The notes: a model not told the origin generated them from the sequence alone. Positions 10,437 to 21,393 are shown, counted from the stretch's first letter. The stretch: DNA of 64,000 nt from an uncultured Chloroflexia bacterium (GCA_963749705.1 CAVVNQ010000015.1:416001-480000), one strand, 5' to 3'. Program-made: numbers and translations.

Positions 10437-10886
10437 ATGACGCTCATGGGAGCTGGAGGTTCGGCCGTGGTCAGGCTGTTCGACGCGACATTCATGCTTG
10501 GCACCGTTCTCGTCGTTGTGGCGCTCGGCCTCGCCGTTGCGGCTGTGGCGCGCGACGACCTGCCGCTCATTGGCACAGGTGTCGGGGCGCTCATCGCCGT
10601 GGCTGTCATCGGGATGACGGGGTGCGCCGTCGGCGGCATCTCACAGGCCCCGGTGGCAGGCTGGACGAGTCCGACGATCATCCTCGGCGTCGTACTCGGT
10701 GTCCTCGCTCTGGTCGTCGTGGCCGCGGGCGTGTTCGGCTGGACCGGCGTTCTGGGGCCCATTGCCCCGCTCGTCCCGGGTCAGGCCGGGACTGTCGCGC
10801 CGGCCCGCGTGGCGATCGTGGCGCTGGGCGCGCTGATCGCCGTGAAGTGGCTCGTCGCCACAGCCATGGCCGCAGTCGCGAAATGA
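10437..10886 (+). CDS. Hypothetical membrane protein (about 4 TM)
   Basis: Almost entirely hydrophobic ORF; start uncertain (10422-10446). Confidence 0.6.
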   Translation: MTLMGAGGSAVVRLFDATFMLGTVLVVVALGLAVAAVARDDLPLIGTGVGALIAVAVIGMTGCAVGGISQAPVAGWTSPTIILGVVLGVLALVVVAAGVFGWTGVLGPIAPLVPGQAGTVAPARVAIVALGALIAVKWLVATAMAAVAK

Positions 10887-10942
10887 CAGCCCGCTGCCGC
10901 CTGGCCGTCGCTGTTCGCAGCCGCGGGCGGACGCGATCGACG

Positions 10943-12985
10943 TCAGCCTGAGTCGCCTCTCGACCATGTCTCGACCGACGCCGCCCGGCCGAACAGATAG
11001 CCCTGCCCGAAGCGAACCCCGATGCCAAGCAAGGCGGAGCGTTCCCCGTCAGTCTCGACGCCCTCCGCGACCAGGCGCGCACCGAGCTCGGTCGCGAATC
11101 GATGGAAGCCCATGATGGCAGCCAGGCGCGCGGGATCGCGGTCGGCGCCCGCAACGAGGGATCGGTCTAGCTTGATCTCGTCCGGCTGAAGCTCGACGCA
11201 ATGGCGGAGGCTTGCGAATCCGGCCCCCGCATCGTCGATGCTCCAGCGGACACCTGGAAAGCTCGTGAGGGCGGCCCGCAGCCCCGAGTAGTCGTCGATC
11301 TGGTCGCGCTCGGAGATTTCGAGGGTGAGCGATCGTTGGCATCCTCCCAGAAGAGCGCGCAGGCCATTCGGCTCGAGAACGAGCGCTGGCGAGACGTTGA
11401 GGGCCACCGGGACGTCGGGTGGGAGAGCGCGGGCAGACCTCAACGCCATCGCGAGCGTCGCATGCTCGAGCTCTGGTGACAGCCCGACTGCTGCCGCCTC
11501 GGCGAACCGTCGTTCAGGTGGAGCGTTGTCATCGAACCGGGTCAGCGCCTCGTACCCGACGGTGAGGCCATTATCGAGAGAGACGATCGGCTGGAACACG
11601 GCCCGGAATCGTTGATGGGCGATGACCGCCCGAATCTCGGCTCGCAGGACGTCGGACTTCTCTCGCTCGCGCAGGTCGGGTCCGAGACGGGCCGACACGA
11701 TGGCCCCCACCTCGGCGTATGTGCTCAAGTGACGCTCGAGCGCCGTGACACCGGCTGGCTGGCATGTCGAGAGAACCATCAGCCCCCGGGTTTCACCGGC
11801 TGTCCTGAGCGGTTGGTAGGCGACCGCGGTGATCCCCACGCGGCTCAGCGCCAACCCGTAGCTTCCGTCCGCCTCGCGGGGATCCCAGGGTTCAACCCAC
11901 GCCCCCTGCCGGGCCCGACGGCGCAGGTACCGCGCCCTGGTTGCCGGTAGGCGAACACCTGCTGTCAACGTTGGCACCGAGAGCCCTTCGGCGGCGAACA
12001 GGAAGACCAGCCCCCTGGGTCCGAAGCCGAGGATGCTCACGCGGTCGACATCAGGGAGATCCACGAGCTCGGTCGCAATCGCGCGGGCCTGGGCATCGAG
12101 CCCGAGCAGTGGGTCAAGCCCCTCGAGGGCGAGCTCGACGACGGCCCGCTCCCGATGTTCGCGCGCCGCTCGGTCCTCGAGCCGCCGCTCCGACGTCACA
12201 TCGGTCGAGACGCCGATCAGGCTCGAGATCATCCCTCCCGCATCGCGGAGCGGCTCGACGACGGTCGCGAAGACGCGCCCGGCGAGCGCCAGGTCGACGA
12301 ACAGCCGCTCTCCGCGCAACGCGCGCTCGAACTGAGCGAGGAGCCGAGTGGTGCCGGATTCCAGCTCGTCGAGACGCCGTCCAACGAGTTCCTCGCTGGT
12401 GCGTCCCACGGCCGCAAGGCCGGCACCACGGGCGAGCGTGATCGTCCCAGTCAGGTCGAGCGCCCAGACGATGACCGGCGCGCCGCCCACCACCGTGTCG
12501 AGCTCGTGCCGGGTCCGCTCCAGTGCCTCTTCCGCAACCACCCGTGCGGTGACATCGCGGGCAATCCCCTCGACAGCGACCAGACGGCCGGCTCGATCAA
12601 GAACTGGCACGGGGGTGGACTCGAGCGCGGCCCAGGTCCCGTCTGTCCGCCGCCAGCGCCAGGTGGAGGGACGGATCGCGCGCGGATCGGTAGGCGTCGA
12701 CCGCATCTCATCCAGATGGGCCGGATCGACGAGCCGGTATGCGAGCTCAGGATCCGCGTAGAGCTCCTCGGCCGTGACGCCGAGCAATCCCTCGACCGCT
12801 CGATTGACGAACTCGAGCCGCGGAGGGACGAACCCGAAGCGATACACGACGTCAGGCAGGTGTTCGACGAGCCGTCGAAAGGAGATCCGCGTCCCGCGCG
12901 GGGCGTCCGGACGGAGGGATCCGGGGCCCCGCGCTGGACGGGAGCTTTCAAGGTCGGGCGGTTCGGCTGGCTTCGTTGCGGTCAT
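10943..12985 (-). CDS. PAS-PAS-GAF-EAL c-di-GMP phosphodiesterase (no GGDEF domain)
   Basis: Two PAS/PAC units (FVNRAVEGLLG...GIARDVT; GVSTDVT), GAF-like region, FQPIV-GYEALTR, LEISE, IDDAGAGFASL, IKLD, VAEGVE. Confidence 0.88.
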   Translation of the reverse strand: MTATKPAEPPDLESSRPARGPGSLRPDAPRGTRISFRRLVEHLPDVVYRFGFVPPRLEFVNRAVEGLLGVTAEELYADPELAYRLVDPAHLDEMRSTPTDPRAIRPSTWRWRRTDGTWAALESTPVPVLDRAGRLVAVEGIARDVTARVVAEEALERTRHELDTVVGGAPVIVWALDLTGTITLARGAGLAAVGRTSEELVGRRLDELESGTTRLLAQFERALRGERLFVDLALAGRVFATVVEPLRDAGGMISSLIGVSTDVTSERRLEDRAAREHRERAVVELALEGLDPLLGLDAQARAIATELVDLPDVDRVSILGFGPRGLVFLFAAEGLSVPTLTAGVRLPATRARYLRRRARQGAWVEPWDPREADGSYGLALSRVGITAVAYQPLRTAGETRGLMVLSTCQPAGVTALERHLSTYAEVGAIVSARLGPDLREREKSDVLRAEIRAVIAHQRFRAVFQPIVSLDNGLTVGYEALTRFDDNAPPERRFAEAAAVGLSPELEHATLAMALRSARALPPDVPVALNVSPALVLEPNGLRALLGGCQRSLTLEISERDQIDDYSGLRAALTSFPGVRWSIDDAGAGFASLRHCVELQPDEIKLDRSLVAGADRDPARLAAIMGFHRFATELGARLVAEGVETDGERSALLGIGVRFGQGYLFGRAASVETWSRGDSG

Positions 12986-13224
12986 CCGCGATGGCGCTCC
13001 CCAGACTCCGGGATGTCGGGCTCTTCGACACGGCAGGCGGGGTGCCTGGGCTCGAACCAGGCAGATTCGGGCGCCTGTCACATCGACGGTTGTAGCCGTC
13101 GGGGCCGCGGATGTCCAAGACGTAGATTCGCTCGCAGCTACACCACCAGGGTTATCGATCCCCCGGCGCACGCAGGCAAACGACCTGACAGCGCCCTGGC
13201 GTCATGCTCGGCAGGTCGGCCTTG

Positions 13225-14175
13225 TCAGGCCGGCCGTCGCCCGCGCGTTGGAACGGTGCGTCGTCGTCTGGGCGATCTTGTTTCCGACACCGCCGACGCG
13301 CCCGACCTCGGCCGCCGCACCAGGTCAATGGCCCGCTGCACGGCCTTCGGATGGGGACCCTCCAGCCACAGCACAGCAAGCACGAAGTCGGGAGCATCGA
13401 CGAGCGTCACGAGCCTGAGACCCTTGGGTAACTGTCGGGCGATCGTTGGCGGCAGGATTGCGCACCCGGCGCCATCTGCCACGAGCGCGAGCACCGCGCT
13501 CAGCGCATTGGTCTCGATGACGATCTGGGGCGCAACGTCGCGCCCGGCGAACACGTAGTCGAAACAGCTCCGGAGCCCGGTGCCCGGTCGGGTCACGATG
13601 AAACGCTCCTGGGCAAGATCGCCAACGCCGACCGAATCCCTCTCTGCCAGCCGGTGATCCTGTGTGACCACGAGGGCATACCGTTCGCGTCGGACGACGG
13701 TGTGGCCCAGGCCAGTCAGATCGATGCGATCCGGCAGGGTAACCATCGCGAGGTCGAGCGCGCCTCGGCGGAGCCCCGCGAGGGACTCGGAGGTGGGCCA
13801 CTCGACGATCGATACCTCGACTCCGGGGTTCTTGATCGTGTAGTCGCTCAGGTACCTGACCATCTGAGGATCGGCCTGGTGCCACCACGATGTCCGCAGG
13901 ACGCCGCGCGTGCCCTGGTCGAACTCGCTCATCGCATCCGAGAGGTCGCTCAGCTCGGCCAACACGCGTCGCGCGCCAGAGAGGAATGCCTCGCCTGCGT
14001 CCGTGAGGGCGACATGCCGGCTCGTACGCTCGAAGAGACGAACGCCGAGCTCGTCCTCAAGATGCCGGATCGCGGCCGAAACGGCCGGCTGCGCGACATG
14101 GAGCTCGTTCGCTGCCCGCGTGAAGTTGCCGTGGCGGGCGACCGCGTCAACGAATTCGATCTGGCGGATATCCAT
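13225..14175 (-). CDS. LysR family transcriptional regulator
   Basis: MDIRQIEFVDAVARHGNFTRAANELHVAQPAVSAAIRHLEDELGVRLFERT; GGAGG RBS. Confidence 0.93.
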   Translation of the reverse strand: MDIRQIEFVDAVARHGNFTRAANELHVAQPAVSAAIRHLEDELGVRLFERTSRHVALTDAGEAFLSGARRVLAELSDLSDAMSEFDQGTRGVLRTSWWHQADPQMVRYLSDYTIKNPGVEVSIVEWPTSESLAGLRRGALDLAMVTLPDRIDLTGLGHTVVRRERYALVVTQDHRLAERDSVGVGDLAQERFIVTRPGTGLRSCFDYVFAGRDVAPQIVIETNALSAVLALVADGAGCAILPPTIARQLPKGLRLVTLVDAPDFVLAVLWLEGPHPKAVQRAIDLVRRPRSGASAVSETRSPRRRRTVPTRGRRPA

Positions 14176-14338
14176 GGCGCGCCACCCTCCGTGGGCTCCT
14201 GTCTCCCCAGTCCGTTGATCCGACTGCACCGTACTCCTCGGTTTCCGGTCGCGCACCCCGTGAAATCGTGCTTCTTGCGCGGACCGGCGCAGGAGCCAGT
14301 GGCGGCCTGCCCCTTGCGTCCAGGCGATAATCGACGCG

Positions 14339-15265
14339 ATGAAAGCGGCCGGGATCCGGGTCCTGGGTGGGCCGATCGAACGGCTGGAGCTTCCGGCTCC
14401 ACCCCCGCCCGACGGCAACGAAGTGCTGATCGAGGTCAGGGCCGCCGGGATCGGGAACTGGGACGACCTCGTCCGCACCGGTGCATGGGACGTTGGCACA
14501 ATTCCGCCGATGGCTTTGGGCGTGGAGGCGGCCGGCGTGGTGCGTGCGATCGGTGCCACGCAGACGCGGTTCGCCCTGGGAGATGAGGTCCTCGTCCATT
14601 CCGTACCGCTTCGCCACCACGGGGCCTGGGCGGAGTGGTTCCTCGCTCCAGGTGGTCACGTGGCGGCCAAGCCGGCAGGCCTCGACTGGACCGTCGCGGG
14701 CGCACTCCCGGTGCCAGCTCTCACGGCCAGCCAGGTCGTCTCGCGCCTCGGTAGCGGGAGCGGCGACGAGGCGCTGATCCACGGGGCCGGCGGCGTGACC
14801 GGCGGGCTGCTGGTGGCGCTCGCGGCCGCGACCGGCTGTCGCGTCGTGGCCACCTGCTCGCCCCGCGCCTCAGGACGCGTCCGCGGCTACGGGGCGAGCG
14901 CCGTTGTTGATTACCACGCCGCTGACTGGCCTTCGCAGGCGCTGCGTGCCACGTCGGCGCGGTTCTCGGTGGTGATCAACGCGGTGCGTGGCGCCTCCGC
15001 AGCGCTGCTGCCGCTGGTGGCGGACGGGGGACGCCTGGCGACCATCACTGGCGACCCGCCGCAGGGCGAGCGGGGCATCCTGGTGGTCGACGCCTACGTC
15101 GCCCCGGATGGACCGACCCTCGAGGCCGCCGTGGGTCAGTTCGTCGCACGAAGCCTTGCCATCCCGATCGCCGGCATCTACGGCCTCGGCGACGCAGCCT
15201 TTGCTCTCGACACCGTCGCGACTGGTCGCGCCGAGGGGGCATGCGTGGTCGATCCACGGAAGTGA
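14339..15265 (+). CDS. NADP-dependent MDR-family oxidoreductase (quinone oxidoreductase-like)
   Basis: LGVEAAGVV, IHGAGGVTG; divergent from LysR. Confidence 0.85.
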   Translation: MKAAGIRVLGGPIERLELPAPPPPDGNEVLIEVRAAGIGNWDDLVRTGAWDVGTIPPMALGVEAAGVVRAIGATQTRFALGDEVLVHSVPLRHHGAWAEWFLAPGGHVAAKPAGLDWTVAGALPVPALTASQVVSRLGSGSGDEALIHGAGGVTGGLLVALAAATGCRVVATCSPRASGRVRGYGASAVVDYHAADWPSQALRATSARFSVVINAVRGASAALLPLVADGGRLATITGDPPQGERGILVVDAYVAPDGPTLEAAVGQFVARSLAIPIAGIYGLGDAAFALDTVATGRAEGACVVDPRK

Positions 15266-15281
15266 CGGCGGCCGTCCGGGG

Positions 15282-15554
15282 CTACTGTGGCCTGTCGTGG
15301 CCCCTCGGAGCTCCCTTCCGCGCACGTTTCTCATCGGGGGAGGCCTTCTCGCCCCACGCGTCGGTGATCTGCTTGAACACCTTGCCCATCCCCGGACGCA
15401 TCAGGGCGCGGCGCTCCGCCTCGGCCTCGCGGTCCCGCCGGCGGTCGCGCGCGGCCTCGCGTGGATCCAGGGCGTCGTCGAGGTCCTCATCGACCTCGTT
15501 GCCGTCCTCCGGCGCGTCCGGATCGAGCTCTTCGTCGGGGGCATCCTCGTTCAC
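15282..15554 (-). CDS. Hypothetical acidic small protein
   Basis: GTG start 6 nt after a CACGAT -10-like box; D/E-rich N-terminus then RRALMRPGMGKVFKQITDAWG. Confidence 0.55.
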   Translation of the reverse strand: MNEDAPDEELDPDAPEDGNEVDEDLDDALDPREAARDRRRDREAEAERRALMRPGMGKVFKQITDAWGEKASPDEKRARKGAPRGHDRPQ

Positions 15555-15585
15555 GGCGCCATCGTGGGCGTGCGCCTGATTGCCG

Positions 15586-16446
15586 TCAATCCCGTTGCGC
15601 GACGATCGAGAACGACAGCGGCACGCGCCCGCGTTCCTCCGGCCGCACGTCACGATGCCCGGCCCACCAGTCAACCGGGTGCTCCGCCACCTGCTCGAGG
15701 TGCAGGCCGGCGCGGAGCAGCGCCGTCACGATCTCGCTCAGCGTCCACGCCCGGGCGAACTTCCACGCCTGGTCGTCCTCGGGGACCGAGAGCCGGTCGA
15801 TGTACTCGGGCGCCCAACCCTTCGAGGCCTCAGGCCCCGCGAAGTAGTCGTAATCGGTCAGCATCCAGTGCCCGTCGGCGTCGGCGTCGAACAGCCACTC
15901 CGCCGGGTGGCCGTCGAAGATCACGAGCCGCCCGGTGGGGGACAGGAGGCGCCGCAGCACGGCCGCCCACGCGTCGAGATCCTGGAGCCAGATGATCGCG
16001 CCGCGGCCCGTGTACACGAGGTCTCCGGTGCCGTCGAGCTCGTGCGGCGTGTCGAGGACGTCGCTCTCGATCCACCTGGCGGGCGCGCCCGTGGCTGCGG
16101 CGAGCCTCCCGGCGAGGTCGAGCATCCGCGGGCTGAAGTCGATGCCCACGACCTCGTCCGCGCCCAGGTTCCACAGCGAGAGCGTGTCTCGGCCACCGGC
16201 GCACTGGAGGTGGATTGCCCGGCGGCACCGGCCGTGGAGGTCGCCGATGAGGTCGGCCTCGACCGGCAGCAGGTTCGAGCCGCCCGACCGGATCAGCGCG
16301 ACGGCCTCGTCGATCCACCCCTCGTATCGCTCGGCTGCCTCGTCCCACGCTGCACGGTTGGCCGCGTGCATCGCCCGGACGTCGGTGGTCTCGGCCGGCG
16401 TCGCAGGCCTGACGTTGCGGGTCTCGGCGGGGTCGACATCGCGCAT
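15586..16446 (-). CDS. Class I SAM-dependent methyltransferase
   Basis: IHLQCAGGRDTLSL, VVGIDFS, DLVYTGRGAIIWLQDL motifs. Confidence 0.9.
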   Translation of the reverse strand: MRDVDPAETRNVRPATPAETTDVRAMHAANRAAWDEAAERYEGWIDEAVALIRSGGSNLLPVEADLIGDLHGRCRRAIHLQCAGGRDTLSLWNLGADEVVGIDFSPRMLDLAGRLAAATGAPARWIESDVLDTPHELDGTGDLVYTGRGAIIWLQDLDAWAAVLRRLLSPTGRLVIFDGHPAEWLFDADADGHWMLTDYDYFAGPEASKGWAPEYIDRLSVPEDDQAWKFARAWTLSEIVTALLRAGLHLEQVAEHPVDWWAGHRDVRPEERGRVPLSFSIVAQRD

Positions 16447-16970
16447 ACGGAGATGGTAGCGGCCGAGCGGGCGTCGACCGCCGGCCGGGATCCGACCACC
16501 GGGACCCGCCGCCGGGCCATGCGAAAGGCCGTCGCCCTCGCGACGGCCTCAGCGATCTGTGACGAAGGGCCTGCACGCGCTCGACCCTGCCGGGTCACGG
16601 GGCCGGTGTGGTCATCCCCGCGACCGCGCCTGACTGCCCGCCCTGGCGTCGCTCGATATGTTCCCCGCTCGGGGGACCGTCGCCGTGTTGGAAGCACCGC
16701 GCGATGCGTCTTCGCTCGCGGTCAACCGACGCCGAGCCTGCCAGCGTCGTTGCGAGCCTGGCCAACCAGCCGTTCGCATCGTCATGTCTCGGTGACCTCC
16801 CGGGGGACGACCTCCGAAGGGGAGGGTGGGTTGTCCAGACCATTATCACCCGGTCCGCAAGACGTCCTCGCCGAGGAGCTGTTGCCGTCGTGGGTGCTGC
16901 CTGGCAACACGCAGCCGCGCCGCGCTCCGGCCCGCCATCGGCGGTAGGCTCCGCCGAGGAGGTGATGCCG

Positions 16971-17339
16971 GTGACCGAAGCGCCCCATGTCGTCGATGAT
17001 CTGCTCGCCGAGGTGGCGCCGCCGCCGCACGGGATCCTGAGCCTGACGATCCACGACGGCAACGATCTGCGGCTCGTGCTGTTTGGGTTCGCAACGGGCG
17101 AGGAGCTGTCCGAGCACACCGCCGCCCGGCCCGCCGTGGTCCACGTGCTGACCGGCGACGCCGATGTCACGGTCGGGGAGCTGCGGCGCTCGCTGGGCCC
17201 GGGTGCCTGGATCCACATGCCGGCCAATACGAAACACTCGATCCGGGCCAGGTCACCGCTGACGATGGCGCTCTACCTGCTGGGCGCCACCGCTCGCAGC
17301 ACAGAGGTGGACGCGCGCGGGGGACCGGCGCCCGCGTGA
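16971..17339 (+). CDS. Cupin domain protein
   Basis: FGFATGEELSEHTA...HMPANTKHSIRA; RBS GAGGAGG at about 16956. Confidence 0.85.
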   Translation: MTEAPHVVDDLLAEVAPPPHGILSLTIHDGNDLRLVLFGFATGEELSEHTAARPAVVHVLTGDADVTVGELRRSLGPGAWIHMPANTKHSIRARSPLTMALYLLGATARSTEVDARGGPAPA

Positions 17340-18619
17340 CGTCGCAGCTCCCGGTCCACAGCAGCTCCGACATCCACCTCGCGGATGCGTTCGGGATGCC
17401 GGGCTGCCCGCTGTGCGGCGAGCGCGCGCGAACCGAGGCGGCGTTCCTCGAGGCGATCCTCGCGGAGAGCGTCAACGACGTCGGGTTTCGAGCGGACCTG
17501 GACACCGCCCGCGGCTTCTGCGCGAGGCATTCCAGGGCGATCCTGGAGGTCGATCGACGCCGCGCCGGGAGCCTCGGGGCGGCGATCCTGCTCCGGGCGA
17601 CGCTGCGGATCCGGCTGGCGGAGCTGGTTGCCGCACACAGGGCGGGCGGACGATCACGGTCGAAACGGCTCGATGCGTCGGCGCGCCCGCCGGCCTGTCC
17701 CGTCTGTGACCGGATGACGCGTACCGAGACCGGGCTGATCGAAGGTCTTGTCAGGCTGACCGCCGAGCCGCCGTGGGCCGAGGCCGTCGCGGCCGCACCG
17801 CTGTGCCTCGATCACCTGCTGCCGCTGATGCGGGCCGGGACGGGCGCACTCGTCTGGCCGGGGATCGAGGCGCGTCAGCTGGCCAGGCTGCATGACCTCG
17901 TGACCGACCTGGCGGGCTATGCGCATGCGTCGAGCCACGACCGGCGCCACCTTCTGACCGATGCGCATCGGGCGTCGGTGGATGCGGGCGCAGCGGTGCT
18001 ATCCGGCACGTCCGGCCCCGCTGTCGGATCCGCGAGCCAGGCCGCCGATGCTGCGGCCGCCACCTCGCCGGTCGCGGGCCCGAGCGCCGTCGCCGTCCTG
18101 CTCACGGGCACCTACGGATCGGGCAAGACCACCATCGCGATCGAGCTCGTCGACGTGGCGAGCGCCGCTGGTGTGGGCGTGGCAGCTATCGACCTCGACT
18201 GGCTGGGCTGGTACGGCGCGGACCTGGGCCACGACGAGCACGAGGACCCCCGGATCACGTTCGCAAACCTGCGCGCCGTCCGCGACACGTACCTGCGCGC
18301 CGGGGTCGACCGGCTGGTGCTGGCCTACGCGCTCCCAAGTGCCGGGCAGCTCCAGGCGATCCGCGACGCCGTGTCGATGCCGGTCAAAGTGGTCCGGTTG
18401 GAGGTCCCGGCGGCCGAGATCGAGCGTCGGCTCACCGGCGACCCGAACGCGTCGCGCTCGGATGATCTCGCGGTCGCCCGCCGCTGGCTGCGCGACGGCA
18501 CCGGCGTCGGGCTGGAGGATTCGACGCTTGCCGGCGACCGCTCCCCGACGGTCATCGCGCAGGAGATCGCGGACCTGCTCGGCTGGACGACGGCGTCGCC
18601 CGGACCGCCGGACGCCTGA
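17336..18619 (+). CDS. DUF6062-like Cys/His protein fused to a P-loop kinase-like domain
   Basis: GCPLC...GFCARH and CPVC...LCLDH duplicated motifs, Ala-rich linker, then LLTGTYGSGKTT and IDLDWL. Confidence 0.7.
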   Translation: MTSQLPVHSSSDIHLADAFGMPGCPLCGERARTEAAFLEAILAESVNDVGFRADLDTARGFCARHSRAILEVDRRRAGSLGAAILLRATLRIRLAELVAAHRAGGRSRSKRLDASARPPACPVCDRMTRTETGLIEGLVRLTAEPPWAEAVAAAPLCLDHLLPLMRAGTGALVWPGIEARQLARLHDLVTDLAGYAHASSHDRRHLLTDAHRASVDAGAAVLSGTSGPAVGSASQAADAAAATSPVAGPSAVAVLLTGTYGSGKTTIAIELVDVASAAGVGVAAIDLDWLGWYGADLGHDEHEDPRITFANLRAVRDTYLRAGVDRLVLAYALPSAGQLQAIRDAVSMPVKVVRLEVPAAEIERRLTGDPNASRSDDLAVARRWLRDGTGVGLEDSTLAGDRSPTVIAQEIADLLGWTTASPGPPDA

Positions 18620-18622
18620 CCT

Positions 18623-18652
18623 GCCGCCGGGCATCCGCCGGCGCGGCTTTTT
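18623..18652 (+). terminator. Putative intrinsic terminator
   Basis: GCCGCCGG...CCGGCGCGGC imperfect stem followed by TTTTT immediately after the stop at 18619. Confidence 0.5.
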
Positions 18653-18663
18653 CCGGCCGCGCC

Positions 18664-21393
18664 TCAGCGCGTCGTCAGTGCGGCCACCACCAGCCCGTCG
18701 CGATCCTCGAACGAGAACCCGTGCTCCGCGAGCAGCTCATGCATCGGCGCGTTGTCCGGTGACAGCTGCGCGATAACGCGCCCGACGTGCTCCTTGCGGC
18801 TGACCGCGATGGCCGAGCGCACGAGCTGGGCGCCGATCCCGCGGCGCTGCCAGGCGTCAGAGACGATCAGGGTGAGGCTCTTGTCGTCGCTCGCATGCAC
18901 GCGCGACAGCCGCGCGATGCCGGCGATGACCGGGCCGTCGGCCGTCGGCAGCTCGGCGACGAGCACGATCTCGCGGTCATAGTCGACGAAGCAGATCCGG
19001 GTCAGGCGCTCGTGGGCGGTCCGCTCGGCGAGGGCGAAATCGGTGCCATAACGGGCCTGGACGGTCTCGCGGGACAGCGCGGCATGGAACCGGGCAAGGC
19101 CCGGCTCATCCTCGGGCCGGATGGGGCGCACCTCGAACGGCACGCCGTCGCTGGTCACGTAGTCGCGCGCATAGTCGTGCGGGTACGGCCGGATCGCCAG
19201 CCGCGGCAGGTCGGCGTCATCGATGGTGGCCGGGTGAAGGACGACGCGGGCGTCGAGCGCGATGATCCGCTCGGGCGATGCCAGCAGCGGGTTGATGTCG
19301 ATCTCGGCGATCCGGGGCTGCTCCGCGACCAGCTCGCTGAACCGGACAAGCAGCGCGGCGAGGACGTCGACGTCGATCGGCTTTCGACCCCGAACGCCGC
19401 GCAGCGCGCCGGCGATCTTGGTGTGCTCGATCAGGCGCCTGGCCAGGGTCGTGTTGAGCGGCGGAAGGGCAAGCGCGCGGTCGCGGAAGACCTCGACCAG
19501 CTGGCCGCCCATCCCGAACAGGAGGACCGGTCCGAACTGCGGATCGGGGCTGCTGCCCACGATCAGCTCGTAGCCGCTCCAGTTGATCATCGGCTGGATC
19601 GTGACGCCCTCGAAGTGCTCGGCGCCGGCCTTGGCCGTGACCGAGTCCCGGATCGTCTCGAACGCCTCGCAGACGGCCTCGGGCGTGCGCAGGTTGAGGA
19701 CCACGCCACCCACGTCGGTCTTGTGGGTCACCGTCCGGCTGAGCAGCTTCGCGACCACCGGGTAGCCGATGTCCGCGGCAGCCGCACAGGCCTCCTCCGG
19801 GGTATGGGCAAGCTCGGTGTCTGTGATCGGGATCCCGTACGCGGCCAGGACTTTCTTGCTCTCGTACTCGGTGAGCAGGGTCCGGCCCTCGGCGCTGACC
19901 TCGGCGATGATCCGGTCGACCTCCTCGCGGAACTCGCCGCGCTCCGGAGCGACGGGCAGCGACGGCGTCTCGTACAGCGCCTTGAGGTTGTTCGCGTACC
20001 GCCACATGTGGTTGAACAGCACGCACGCCGTGTCCGGGTAGGCGAACGTCGGGATGCCGGCCGCGCGCAGGATCGCCGCGCCCTCCTCGACGTCCGCGCC
20101 GCCCATCCACGACGCGAGCACCGGCTTGCCCTCGATCCGGGCGTGCTTGACCAGCGCCCGGGCTGTGGCGGTGGGGTCGGTCATCGCCTGGGGCGTGAGG
20201 ATCACCAGCAGGCCATCGGTCTCGGGATCCGCCGCGGCGACCTCGAGCGCCTTCGCGTACCGCTCGGGCGGTGCGTCGCCGATGATGTCGATCGGGTTGT
20301 TGTGGCTCCAGACCGACGGCAGCACCGCGTTCAGACGATCCATGGTCTCGGGCGTGAGCTCGGTGAGCTCGCCGCCGCCGGAGATCAGGGCATCGGTCGC
20401 GAGCACGCCCGGCCCGCCCGCGTTGGTCACGATCGACAGCCGCCGGCCCGCCGGCCGCGGCTGCTTGGCCAAGATCTCCGACACTTCGAACAGCTCGCTG
20501 ATCGAGTTCACGCGCAGCACGCCGGCCCGCCGGAACGCGGCGTCCAGCACGTCGTCGGACCCGGTCAGCGAACCGGTGTGCGAGGCGGCGGCCTTCGCCG
20601 CCTGCGCGGTGCGACCGGGCTTGATCACGATGATCGGCTTGGTCAGCGCGACCTCGCGCGCGGACGACAGGAACGCCCGCGCGTCGCCGATGGTCTCCAT
20701 GTAGATGACGATGCTGTCGGTGTTGGGGTCGTCGCCGAGATAGTCGATGACGTCGCCCCAGCCGACGTCGAGCATCGAGCCCAGCGACACGATCGAGCTG
20801 AAGCCGACGTCCTCGTGCGCGGCCCAGTCCAGGATCGCGGTCAGCAGCGCGCCCGACTGGGACACGAAGCCGACCCGCCCGGCCGCCGCGATCCCCGCCG
20901 CGAACGTGGCGTTGAAGCCGCCCACCGGGTTCATGATCCCCAGGCAGTTGGGGCCGACGACGCGGATCCCGTATCGGCGCGCCGCGGCGAGCACCTGTCG
21001 CTCGAGCTCGACGCCCGCCTCGCCGATCTCCTTGAAGCCGGCGCTGATGATGATCACGCCGCGGACGCCCGCCTCGCCGCACTCCTCGACCAGACCGGGG
21101 GCGGTTCCGGCCGGGGTCACGATCACGGCCAGGTCCACCGGCTCGCCGATCGCGCCGATCGACGGGTAGGCCTTGACGCCCAGGATCGCCGGGCGGGTCG
21201 GGTTGACCGGGTAGACGGTGCCGCCGAACGGCGATGACAGCAGGTTCCACAGGATCGTGCGCCCCACGGAGCCGGTCTTCTCGGTTGCCCCGATCACGGC
21301 GACCGACCGGGGATGGAAGATCGCGTCGAGCGGGTGGCGGTCGACGTGGAGGATGTCGGACGACGGGTCGGTGATCTTGGTTGCGAGCGACAT
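18664..21393 (-). CDS. Bifunctional acetate--CoA ligase (ADP-forming)/GNAT acetyltransferase (Pat/YfiQ-like)
   Basis: [54 protein letters not shown]-grasp, EIDINPL, C-terminal GNAT (AWQRRGIG). Confidence 0.93.
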   Translation of the reverse strand: MSLATKITDPSSDILHVDRHPLDAIFHPRSVAVIGATEKTGSVGRTILWNLLSSPFGGTVYPVNPTRPAILGVKAYPSIGAIGEPVDLAVIVTPAGTAPGLVEECGEAGVRGVIIISAGFKEIGEAGVELERQVLAAARRYGIRVVGPNCLGIMNPVGGFNATFAAGIAAAGRVGFVSQSGALLTAILDWAAHEDVGFSSIVSLGSMLDVGWGDVIDYLGDDPNTDSIVIYMETIGDARAFLSSAREVALTKPIIVIKPGRTAQAAKAAASHTGSLTGSDDVLDAAFRRAGVLRVNSISELFEVSEILAKQPRPAGRRLSIVTNAGGPGVLATDALISGGGELTELTPETMDRLNAVLPSVWSHNNPIDIIGDAPPERYAKALEVAAADPETDGLLVILTPQAMTDPTATARALVKHARIEGKPVLASWMGGADVEEGAAILRAAGIPTFAYPDTACVLFNHMWRYANNLKALYETPSLPVAPERGEFREEVDRIIAEVSAEGRTLLTEYESKKVLAAYGIPITDTELAHTPEEACAAAADIGYPVVAKLLSRTVTHKTDVGGVVLNLRTPEAVCEAFETIRDSVTAKAGAEHFEGVTIQPMINWSGYELIVGSSPDPQFGPVLLFGMGGQLVEVFRDRALALPPLNTTLARRLIEHTKIAGALRGVRGRKPIDVDVLAALLVRFSELVAEQPRIAEIDINPLLASPERIIALDARVVLHPATIDDADLPRLAIRPYPHDYARDYVTSDGVPFEVRPIRPEDEPGLARFHAALSRETVQARYGTDFALAERTAHERLTRICFVDYDREIVLVAELPTADGPVIAGIARLSRVHASDDKSLTLIVSDAWQRRGIGAQLVRSAIAVSRKEHVGRVIAQLSPDNAPMHELLAEHGFSFEDRDGLVVAALTTR

